Source: Candidatus Woesearchaeota archaeon | Lineage (GTDB): Archaea; Nanobdellota; Nanobdellia; Woesearchaeales; UBA10216 | Assembly (NCBI GenBank): GCA_016192905.1 | Contig: JACPTG010000004.1 | Coordinates: 173,734 to 237,733, forward strand | Reading direction: 5' to 3' | Length of the DNA: 64,000 bases | Part shown: positions 47,298 through 54,969 of the stretch, one piece after another | Layout of the letters: each line of letters begins with the position of its first letter | Numbering within the stretch: position 1 is the stretch's first letter | The notes under the pieces: model-generated | The model's database searches: none | Told to the model about the DNA's origin: nothing | Seen by the model: the letters and a program-made list of their open reading frames with translations, nothing else | Program-made: the position numbers and the translations under genes

Positions 47298-48314
47298 TCA
47301 GCCCCTCTGCTCCCTCAGCTTCTCAACTTCCTGCTGCAGCCTGGCAATCTCATCATCAGGCTCAGGGTTAACCAGAACGCTGCTGGCAACAAGCTCAACC
47401 CTGTTGAACATGTCATTTTTTGCAGATTTTCCGAGAATCTTCACGCTGGCTCCCAAAAGCTCATTCCTCACATTCTCAAAAGCCTCAGGAGAGTCCCTGA
47501 AGGCAAGTATTCCCTCATTAGGAAGCCCAAGAAGCTTCTGGGCCTGCTCCCTGAAGAAAACAGCCCTCACACTTTCAGTGCCATCATCCAGATAAGCGTT
47601 AAGCACGTAAGAGTAGGAGGGGCTTACAGCGCCATGAACCTCACACACAGCCGAGCCATCATTCATGCGCGCCCTCTTGCCGCAATGGCAAACCTCAAAA
47701 AACCTCGGCTCGAAAACCTGGACAATGGTAGCAAGAACTTCAACCTGGCCCTCGCCTCCCTGAAGTTCTGCGAGATTCTTCCGCGAAGCAGACTGGACAG
47801 CAGTAACTGGCACGTTCACTGACTCACCCTCAGGATTAATCAGCAGCTTGCTCCTGTCATTAAGATGGACCTCGTTAAAAGAGCCGCGCTGCCTGACATA
47901 GCCTCCCTTTACACGCAACACATCACCAGCCTTCAGCTTAGAGGCGAAATCAGCCATCTCATTCCAAAGCACAACCCTCACCTGGCCGGTCTCATCAGCT
48001 ATCTGGACCGAGGCCACCCTGCCCTCCCTGCCTGAAGACTGGAAAGACCTTGCCTCGTAAACAGCAACAACCCTGCCAAGAACCTCCACATCCCTCAGCC
48101 CTGCCAGGATGTTCCTAATCTCCATCCTTCCTGAAACCGGCTCAAAAAGCCTCACGCCCAACTCGTTGGCAATAATATGGGCCGCGCCCTCCCTGCTCAC
48201 CAGGCCGGAGAGCATTGAAATCCTTTCATCAACCCGCCTGCCTATCTCAGCCTCATCAAGGCCTGACTTCTCCCTTATTCTTGCAACTATATCCTCATAA
48301 GGCACCCTAAGCAT
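47298..48314 (-). CDS. rpa: replication protein A (archaeal SSB/RPA with OB folds and Zn ribbon)
   Basis: 338 aa. Two OB-fold regions and the Zn ribbon CHCGKRARMNDGSAVCEVHG. Confidence 0.78.
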   Translation of the reverse strand: MLRVPYEDIVARIREKSGLDEAEIGRRVDERISMLSGLVSREGAAHIIANELGVRLFEPVSGRMEIRNILAGLRDVEVLGRVVAVYEARSFQSSGREGRVASVQIADETGQVRVVLWNEMADFASKLKAGDVLRVKGGYVRQRGSFNEVHLNDRSKLLINPEGESVNVPVTAVQSASRKNLAELQGGEGQVEVLATIVQVFEPRFFEVCHCGKRARMNDGSAVCEVHGAVSPSYSYVLNAYLDDGTESVRAVFFREQAQKLLGLPNEGILAFRDSPEAFENVRNELLGASVKILGKSAKNDMFNRVELVASSVLVNPEPDDEIARLQQEVEKLREQRG

Positions 48315-48409
48315 GTCACCGGGCTTGGCTGCGAACTATAAATAAGTTTTGCTTGCGGTTTTTACTGGCGCAAAACTATTTAAAGGCTCTTGGCTGATTC
48401 TGATGCGGC

Positions 48410-49225
48410 ATGGGAAAAAGAGGTGAATCGTCGCTTTCCTATTTTGTATCCACAAATTTTGTCAAAATCGCGGTCAGCGCAATGATAGTTGTCGTGCTGC
48501 TCCTGCTTGTCCGGGCCTACGCCAACAACAGCTCCACAGAAAGGCAATTCCTGTCAAGGGACACCGCCATGCTCATAGATGCCATGCTCGCAGCTCCCGG
48601 AGATGTCGAGTATGCCTACGTCCTGCCAAGCCGCAGGTTTGACTACAAGCTGGGCGGAGGCATTGTGAGTGTCCAGGACAAGCGTGCAGGCCTTTCATCT
48701 GAGTATTTCTTTGCCGAGAGCGAGAGGGTTGCCTTTGTGCCGCTGGAAACAGAAAGCCCGCCCAGGGAGTTAAGGTTTATCAAGAAAGGCAAGGAACTGC
48801 GGGTCAACGCAGTCTACGACGACAGCGAAAAGGAAGCATTGAAGGCTTTCGACCAGCTTGTAAGCTTCCTCAGGACAAATTCAAAGAAATCATACACTTT
48901 CAAGTGCCGCGAAACCTTCGCATTCAACGCTGCAATCGGCTACTACATTTCATTCTCAAACGGAATTGCCAGCCTGATCCACCAGTCATCAACAGGAGAA
49001 AGCCAGGTGGCGTCAGACAGGGTGCCTGACCTGGATGTCTACAACTCCGCTGCAAAGGGCTTCATACTGGCCTCAGGATGGGAGCCTGACAGCACCGCAG
49101 CCATAAAAATGAATGGAGCCCTCAGCCTTGTGCACGAATCCGGAACGTGGCATTACTCAAGCAGCAGCATTGAGGTCAACCAGCTTCCAGCATGCGAACT
49201 CGAATCACTGGCAAGAAAGCAGTAG
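48410..49225 (+). CDS. secreted/surface protein, first gene of pilin-like cluster
   Basis: 271 aa. MGKRGESSLSYFVSTNFVKIAVSAMIVVVLLLLV: a KRG motif followed by a hydrophobic helix. Confidence 0.5.
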   Translation: MGKRGESSLSYFVSTNFVKIAVSAMIVVVLLLLVRAYANNSSTERQFLSRDTAMLIDAMLAAPGDVEYAYVLPSRRFDYKLGGGIVSVQDKRAGLSSEYFFAESERVAFVPLETESPPRELRFIKKGKELRVNAVYDDSEKEALKAFDQLVSFLRTNSKKSYTFKCRETFAFNAAIGYYISFSNGIASLIHQSSTGESQVASDRVPDLDVYNSAAKGFILASGWEPDSTAAIKMNGALSLVHESGTWHYSSSSIEVNQLPACELESLARKQ

Positions 49226-49638
49226 TAAGCGAGGAGCTGGCACAGATTGCCAGAACCGCTTTCCTGATTTACGTAGTGGTAGTAATCATAGCAGTCATGT
49301 ACCTGAACTCTGTAAAAATACTTGACACCGGCGATGCTGAAGCAAGAATCCTGGCCAACAGGCTCGCATACGAGGCAGGAGGCACTGACAAGGACACGGG
49401 CCGCGTGTACGTCGGGACACTGGACAACTCCATTGATTCAAAAACCCTGGAAAAACGAATGGACTTCGTCATCCAAAGAAGGATTGGAGGAAAGATTTCA
49501 ACTGGAACAAAAGCGGTTTACTACAACGAATTCTGGTACAACAACCTGAAGCCAAGGGTTGGGTACGATGCAGTCCAGGGAAGCCAGGCCTTTTACGGGC
49601 ATAAAGGGGAAGTAGCCAGCTCAGAGGTAATAATATGA
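49192..49638 (+). CDS. pilin-like protein (start uncertain)
   Basis: …TGKKAVVSEELAQIARTAFLIYVVVVIIAV… then a small globular domain. Overlaps the previous gene by 34 nt if the ATG at 49192 is used. Confidence 0.4.
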   Translation: MRTRITGKKAVVSEELAQIARTAFLIYVVVVIIAVMYLNSVKILDTGDAEARILANRLAYEAGGTDKDTGRVYVGTLDNSIDSKTLEKRMDFVIQRRIGGKISTGTKAVYYNEFWYNNLKPRVGYDAVQGSQAFYGHKGEVASSEVII

Positions 49639-50153
49639 ACACCAGGGGAGACCTTCCAATCGGAATTTTCATCGCAGCATTAGTATTTACTTTTTCAGCC
49701 ATCACACTACTTCTTGCGGTCAACTTCCTGCCAGTGTTCGGAAGGCAAGGGCCAATAGTCTCAAGCGTTGGAAGCAGCCTGGCTGACTCAGAATACTACG
49801 CCTTCTCAATCAGCGCAGTCAACTTCCTACGGCTGGAAAAGGAGGGCTCAAGCATCGGCAGGAAAATGGATGAACTGGCACAGGCATGCAAGATAGGAGG
49901 AAGCGAGTGCGACGCACTTGCCGCAAAAATGGATGCTTATGCCGACGCCTACCTGAAGGCGTATGAGAAGAAATGCGTTGCAATCGAACTTCGGGAACCA
50001 ACAGGCGTCATGATATGGCAGGGAAGGCAGTCAGAGCACTGCCTCTTCGCAAGGTCTGCATTTGCAGGAGCCAAGTACAAGACTGAGATTCTAATCCCCA
50101 CAAGCGACCTGTCAACAGGCATCGTGTTCATCCAGAAAAGGGTGTTCGGATGA
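49635..50153 (+). CDS. pilin-like protein
   Basis: MNTRGDLPIGIFIAALVFTFSAITLLLAV: a class-III-signal-like TRG motif plus a hydrophobic stretch. 172 aa with 4 Cys. Confidence 0.5.
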   Translation: MNTRGDLPIGIFIAALVFTFSAITLLLAVNFLPVFGRQGPIVSSVGSSLADSEYYAFSISAVNFLRLEKEGSSIGRKMDELAQACKIGGSECDALAAKMDAYADAYLKAYEKKCVAIELREPTGVMIWQGRQSEHCLFARSAFAGAKYKTEILIPTSDLSTGIVFIQKRVFG

Positions 50154-50938
50154 GAGCACTGCATGGAAGGAAGGCTGACTTCATGGCCACTGTAACAACC
50201 TTTCTGGGCGTAAGCATCCTGGTATTCCTGCTGGGATTCCAGCTCGGCAGCTATTACCAGGTCGCAAAAGGGCTTAACATCGGCGACAAACAATTCACCC
50301 TTTTCTCAGCCTACAGCAGGGCAGAGGAAGCACTTTTCTACGTTGACGAATCCTCAGGCATTGCCCTTGAACAGGCGTCCTCTGAAGCAGCCGCAATGGG
50401 CGGAACCGCAAGCCCTGCCTGCGGGACAGCCAGCGGAATTGCGCTCTGGAAGGATGGCAAAAAGGAGTGCTACCCATCAACAGAAGACAACAGGGCAGCG
50501 CTTGCCCAGTCACTTACTCCACAGCTTTCCAAGTACCTGGCAGCCTACAAGGCGCTAAAGATACCTGCTGACTATTCCTACGAGTTCAAGGAGGGGAATA
50601 TCATTGGAATGGCAAAGCAGGATACAGCAATCAGCGGCGAACTGGCGAAGACAGATTCAAAAGACACATACTCATACAAGTTCAGGGCCTCCTTCAAGCA
50701 CCCGATGCCCTATTCAGATGAATATGACGCCCTCAAAGCGAAAGCCAGGCAGATTGCGTCATCATGCGAGGGAAAAAACGGGTTTTCAGGATGCATCAAA
50801 TCCTTTGACGGCCCAGCAGCAGGAGGACTTCAACTGGATGTAAACTGCCTGGGGCCTCCTGACGAAACAGAGAGGCTCGCGCTAATCTGCGCAAGAAATG
50901 GCAAAACAGAATACAGGTTCGGGCTCAGGCTGGAGTAA
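50150..50938 (+). CDS. pilin-like/secreted protein
   Basis: MRALHGRKADFMATVTTFLGVSILVFLLG. 262 aa with a Cys-containing ectodomain. Confidence 0.5.
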   Translation: MRALHGRKADFMATVTTFLGVSILVFLLGFQLGSYYQVAKGLNIGDKQFTLFSAYSRAEEALFYVDESSGIALEQASSEAAAMGGTASPACGTASGIALWKDGKKECYPSTEDNRAALAQSLTPQLSKYLAAYKALKIPADYSYEFKEGNIIGMAKQDTAISGELAKTDSKDTYSYKFRASFKHPMPYSDEYDALKAKARQIASSCEGKNGFSGCIKSFDGPAAGGLQLDVNCLGPPDETERLALICARNGKTEYRFGLRLE

Positions 50939-50988
50939 TTTAAGCTAAATTGACTAAAGTATTGCATTTGTACAGTATTCATTTGTAC

Positions 50989-51006
50989 CGTACACGAAGA
51001 GTCAGC
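50989..51006. repeat. copy (reverse orientation) of dispersed motif GGCTGACTCTTCGTG(T/A)AC between convergent pilin-like operons
   Basis: gtacacgaagagtcagcc is the reverse complement of ggctgactcttcgtgtac. It is flanked by internally repeated gtacaaatg. Confidence 0.4.
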
Positions 51007-51046
51007 CTGCTACGAACCATTAACTTCATACTACCAACTAAACTGC

Positions 51047-51583
51047 CTAATATGAACACCTGCTGAAATAGACAGAGGAACCTGACCTTACACCCCTTAT
51101 GCAGAAAATCCTCTCCTTGCCGCCGTCCAGAGCCACATAAAAAAGGCCCTTTGACTTCTCTGAGCCGCGGTTAAGCCCGGCCAGGCTGCTGTCAGCCATG
51201 AAACTGCTGACATCCCTTGCAGACCTGCAATACCTTTCCTCCCTCCTGGAGCATCCCTCGCTGCAGACGCAAAGGCATGCGCCGGCATTGCATGAAGGCT
51301 CATCAGGCTTGGCTATCTGCCTGCTGCCATCAACCAAGATATGCTTCTCCCCTGCCAGGAAGCCATAAAGAAAGCGGCTGTCCAATGAAAGCTGCCGCTC
51401 AAACGGCTCATTATCAGCAACAAGGCCTGCAGCCTCCACCACCACGTCAAAAGTCCGGTTAGGGTCAGGCTGCCAGACAGGAGCAAGGATTCTGAAGAGA
51501 AGCCAAAGCAGGATAATGAAGGCAGCGGTCACCACAAGCCTAATCGTGGTCTCCGGAACAAGAGTCTCAGCCCTTCGTGCCAT
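51047..51583 (-). CDS. pilin-like/secreted protein
   Basis: Start at internal MARRAETLVPETTIRLVVTAAFIILLWLLF. Confidence 0.45.
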   Translation of the reverse strand: MARRAETLVPETTIRLVVTAAFIILLWLLFRILAPVWQPDPNRTFDVVVEAAGLVADNEPFERQLSLDSRFLYGFLAGEKHILVDGSRQIAKPDEPSCNAGACLCVCSEGCSRREERYCRSARDVSSFMADSSLAGLNRGSEKSKGLFYVALDGGKERIFCIRGVRSGSSVYFSRCSY

Positions 51584-51839
51584 GGCAACACCAACTTTTC
51601 GAGTCCTCGCAAAGCCCTGGAGTGCAGGTCTTGCCAGCCCTCCTCTCGGAATCCAGCTGGGATTCAGGAACGCAGCTGCCGCCAAAATTGCTGCAGCTCC
51701 CGCTCTTGACAAGGCCAAGCCTCTTCAGGACGTCCTGAAACTGGCCTGTGACTATGGCAATGACTATGACCATCACAACCAGAATCAAAACAGCAACAAC
51801 CATTGTCTCCAATGAAAGGTTAACGCCTTTCCTGCTCAT
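51567..51839 (-). CDS. pilin-like small Cys-rich protein
   Basis: Start at internal MSRKGVNLSLETMVVAVLILVVMVIVIAIV. The C-terminus is Cys-rich (CSNFGGSCVPE…CTPGLCEDSKSWCCHG). Confidence 0.5.
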   Translation of the reverse strand: MSRKGVNLSLETMVVAVLILVVMVIVIAIVTGQFQDVLKRLGLVKSGSCSNFGGSCVPESQLDSERRAGKTCTPGLCEDSKSWCCHGTKG

Positions 51840-52399
51840 TTTATCACCACCCTGGGCCTGCAGGTGCCTCCGCCCAGAATTGAGAAGCCACTCCCCCTGC
51901 ACTCATAAAGCCCGGGCGCACAGCACGGGCCAGAACCTCCAACCACTGGGCCGATAACAGGCATAGGCTTGAGCAGAGGAATCCCGCCTTCACAAGCCTC
52001 GCCTTCCTTCTCGCATTTCACGCACTGGTTATTGATGTTCCCAAAGCCGGCAGGGCAATCAGCAACCCTGCATCCAGCTTCCCGACAGTAATCATTATGC
52101 CTTATAGGCCTATAACTGCCAGGGTCGCAAAATTCATCCACCTTCCCAAACTCACCCCAGCGCTTGCACTCAGGCACAGGATTCCCCTCCTTGTCCACCT
52201 TGGCATTCTTGCACCAAAAGGAGTTTAGGTTATTCTTAACACACTTCTGCGGGTCGGTAACTGCAATAGGCGAGGCGTCAATAATCTTATCAATAAGCGC
52301 AGGGCCATTAGTCCACGCCACCCACAAAAGGATTGCGAGGACAACAATGCCAAGTATAAGGAGAATGGGAAAAGCAAGGAAAAGAAAGCCGCGTTTCAT
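51836..52399 (-). CDS. pilin-like Cys-rich extracellular protein
   Basis: MKRGFLFLAFPILLILGIVVLAILLWV, then a 16-Cys ectodomain (…CKNAKVDKEG…CVKCEKEGEAC…). Confidence 0.55.
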   Translation of the reverse strand: MKRGFLFLAFPILLILGIVVLAILLWVAWTNGPALIDKIIDASPIAVTDPQKCVKNNLNSFWCKNAKVDKEGNPVPECKRWGEFGKVDEFCDPGSYRPIRHNDYCREAGCRVADCPAGFGNINNQCVKCEKEGEACEGGIPLLKPMPVIGPVVGGSGPCCAPGLYECRGSGFSILGGGTCRPRVVIK

Positions 52400-52551
52400 C
52401 CTCCGAACGTAAGCCTCCGCATAAGCTCGGCAAAGACATCCTCATTGCCAGTCTTAAGCTTGAAAATGATAAGGACCGTTACGAGAAGCAAGGCCACCCC
52501 AAGAATAATCTTAAGAGTCATTTCAATCTCAAAAGAGCCCCTTTTCGCCAT
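52396..52551 (-). CDS. 51-aa mini pilin-like protein (below the ORF-track cutoff)
   Basis: MAKRGSFEIEMTLKIILGVALLLVTVLIIFKLKTGNEDVFAELMRRLTFGG*. Its ATGA overlaps the next gene. Confidence 0.45.
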   Translation of the reverse strand: MAKRGSFEIEMTLKIILGVALLLVTVLIIFKLKTGNEDVFAELMRRLTFGG

Positions 52552-52572
52552 ACACATCCATCCTCAACGCAG

Positions 52573-53562
52573 TTATATAATTTTATCGCTCAGCTCCTCG
52601 CAGCCAAACCTGCGGAGGAGGCTTTCATCATACCTTCCAAAAACAGTAAACGCTGTCCAGTCCTTAACAGGCTGGCCCTGAACATAAGCCTCGGCAGCGC
52701 CCTCAATCCCTGCGCCGATGGTGGCGACTGTAACCACCTTGAAAATGATGGCAGCGCCAGCAGCCACCATAGCGCCGCCGCCTGGAGGAACAATAAAGGC
52801 CACAATCGCGCCGCCCACAATCAGGACAACACCGCCTGCAATGGCAACCTTGCCGCCGCCTGACTCATAAAACTTGGCCAAAAACTCCTCAGCGTTCCTA
52901 ACAAAAGGCTCGCTCTTGGCATAGACAAAGACAACAGCGTAAGGGCTGGAAGCGTCAAGACTTGAGGCCTCAAGCGACTCCCTCTGGGCTGCAATCGCAG
53001 GATTGTCAACAAAGCCGCCCTTAGTCCGGCCCATCATGTAATCAAAATAAGTAACTCCATTATTCGCAAGCTCGCTATTCGGGACATTGTTCTTCATAAG
53101 GTAACCATAGAACCCGTCAATCTGCCTGTCGCTCCTGAACTGAAAGACAGCGCATACAGAACAGTAAGTCTTGGGCCCGCCAAACAAATCCAGCTTACCC
53201 TCACCAAACTGGTTCCAGCACTGATAAATCTCCTCAGCCATCTGCCTTTTAATTGACTCCTGCCTCTTATCAGCGTCATCAGGAAGGCTTAAAGTGCGCT
53301 GCCTGTCCCTATAGCTGACAGTATACGATTTTGCATCAAACTGCCTGTAAACAGACGGGCAGTCAATAATTTCAGAAGAAGGATTATAGGTCTTAAGCTG
53401 CAGGGCTGAATGCACTTTTACAGATTCCCTGCATACATAACGGTCAGCGATGTCCTCACCGCCCCTGAAAATTGCAAGAGCCAAGGTAATAAGTATCACT
53501 GCAGAAATTACAACCAGCACACCCTTCATTAGCTGGTCAACAGCCAGGCTAGCCCTTGCCAT
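52573..53562 (-). CDS. pilin-like large subunit/adhesin candidate (paralog of 53549..54532)
   Basis: Start at internal MARASLAVDQLMKGVLVVISAVILITLALAIF. Shares the motif QCWNQFGEGK…FGGPKTYCSVCAVFQF with its paralog. Confidence 0.5.
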   Translation of the reverse strand: MARASLAVDQLMKGVLVVISAVILITLALAIFRGGEDIADRYVCRESVKVHSALQLKTYNPSSEIIDCPSVYRQFDAKSYTVSYRDRQRTLSLPDDADKRQESIKRQMAEEIYQCWNQFGEGKLDLFGGPKTYCSVCAVFQFRSDRQIDGFYGYLMKNNVPNSELANNGVTYFDYMMGRTKGGFVDNPAIAAQRESLEASSLDASSPYAVVFVYAKSEPFVRNAEEFLAKFYESGGGKVAIAGGVVLIVGGAIVAFIVPPGGGAMVAAGAAIIFKVVTVATIGAGIEGAAEAYVQGQPVKDWTAFTVFGRYDESLLRRFGCEELSDKII

Positions 53563-54532
53563 AAAGCCGGTCGCACTCCCTGCCAACCTCACCAGTCGGA
53601 ATAAGCCCGACTCCAACCACTGCAGGAATCTCATCACCAGAAGGGGCCTTCTTAATGAACGCAGCCCCAAAAAGGCCTGCAATCCCATCCTTCTCAAGCC
53701 TCCTCCTGCAAAGCCAGGCAAAGCCCTTTGAATCCCTGCTGCCCAGCACCCTTCCGCCAAGCTTAAGGTCAGAAGGCGCATCGCCAGAAGGCGAAGCCCT
53801 GCCAAGCGCAGCGCCAAGCCAGTCAGTGACAACCGTGAATGCAGCGCAGGAAGCAGCGCCCTCAGGACTCAGGGGAAGGATAGAAGACAGATGCCACTTG
53901 ACATCAGGCTTTACAGAGATGAAAACAACAGACTGCGGCTTTGTTTCCAGCTTCATGTTAAACTCTCCCTTGGCATCGCTGGTCAGGTAATCCCAATACG
54001 TAATCTGGGCGCCGGTAAACTCGTCAGTTATGTAATGCTCCTTCAGGAACTGGTGGAAATCATCGTACTTCACATTTTCATACTTGCTGTCAAACTCGAA
54101 CTGCGCACAAACAACACACCTGCTTGAGCCGTCATACTCGCCAAAAGGGTCAATCGGATTCGGATAGCCCCTGCCAAGGTTGCCCCAGCATTTCGCCAAC
54201 TGGTCAGCAACAGCCTTCTGCACATAGAAATCAGACCTTGCCTTCGTGAACTGGCTGTAAAGGACATCCTTCCTGTAAATGCCGTCATCATAACGCCTGA
54301 TTGCGTCCTCATCAACCCTGAAATACTGGGTAATGCAGTTCAAGTCCTTAATCAAAGGCGAGTCAAATCCGAGAAGCTTGGTCTTTGCCATTGCCGAGGC
54401 GCTGAACCTGCAGGCAGGCTGGGTGGCATACGCCTTGAAGCCGAAGACAACAACGTAGACAAACCAAAGTGCAACCGCGAATACAATAGCAAAAATGACG
54501 GCATTCAACAAAGCGCTCTGGGCCCGGCTCAT
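53549..54532 (-). CDS. pilin-like large subunit/adhesin candidate
   Basis: MSRAQSALLNAVIFAIVFAVALWFVYVVVF… and KCWGNLGRGYPNPIDPFGEYDGSSRCVVCAQFEF. Confidence 0.55.
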   Translation of the reverse strand: MSRAQSALLNAVIFAIVFAVALWFVYVVVFGFKAYATQPACRFSASAMAKTKLLGFDSPLIKDLNCITQYFRVDEDAIRRYDDGIYRKDVLYSQFTKARSDFYVQKAVADQLAKCWGNLGRGYPNPIDPFGEYDGSSRCVVCAQFEFDSKYENVKYDDFHQFLKEHYITDEFTGAQITYWDYLTSDAKGEFNMKLETKPQSVVFISVKPDVKWHLSSILPLSPEGAASCAAFTVVTDWLGAALGRASPSGDAPSDLKLGGRVLGSRDSKGFAWLCRRRLEKDGIAGLFGAAFIKKAPSGDEIPAVVGVGLIPTGEVGRECDRLYGKG

Positions 54533-54651
54533 CTTTGCGGCACCAACATCGTTATCCTGCTGACAATGATAAGAGCCGCCACCAGAAACAATGCCGCAAT
54601 GACAAGCACAACCACCATGCTAAGAGAGCCTGACTTCCCACCTCTTTCCAT
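54529..54651 (-). CDS. 40-aa mini pilin-like protein (first gene of the minus-strand operon)
   Basis: MERGGKSGSLSMVVVLVIAALFLVAALIIVSRITMLVPQR*. Its stop overlaps the ATG of the next gene (ATGAGCC). Confidence 0.4.
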   Translation of the reverse strand: MERGGKSGSLSMVVVLVIAALFLVAALIIVSRITMLVPQR

Positions 54652-54729
54652 AAACTGAAAAACCGGAGAAATAGCTATATAATCCTTTCTAAAGGGCGGC
54701 GGTATCGGAAACCCGCCTCTATTGTCGAG

Positions 54730-54835
54730 ATAACTTAAATTTACTTTAAGTTACTTAAACGTAGTGGAGTAAAATTTCTATCGTCTACAAAACAGGAAAC
54801 TTTATAAATACTTAAAGTTTACTTAAACTTACCTC
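54730..54835. promoter_or_regulatory. divergent promoter region with five or more ACTTAAA / TTTAAGT repeats
   Basis: …gataACTTAAAtttACTTTAAGTtACTTAAAcg… …tataaatACTTAAAgtttACTTAAActt… Lies between the pilin-like operon and the kinase-like gene. Confidence 0.35.
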
Positions 54836-54969
54836 ATTCAACAGAACAATAAAATCCAAAACCTATGCTAACATCAACGGCGTCTCTCTTCCCATTGCAC
54901 TTAAAGACTTGGCAGAACTGATAAAGTCCGGGTATTTGAAAAAAGTCGGCTCTTTTAGAGGAGCGTATT

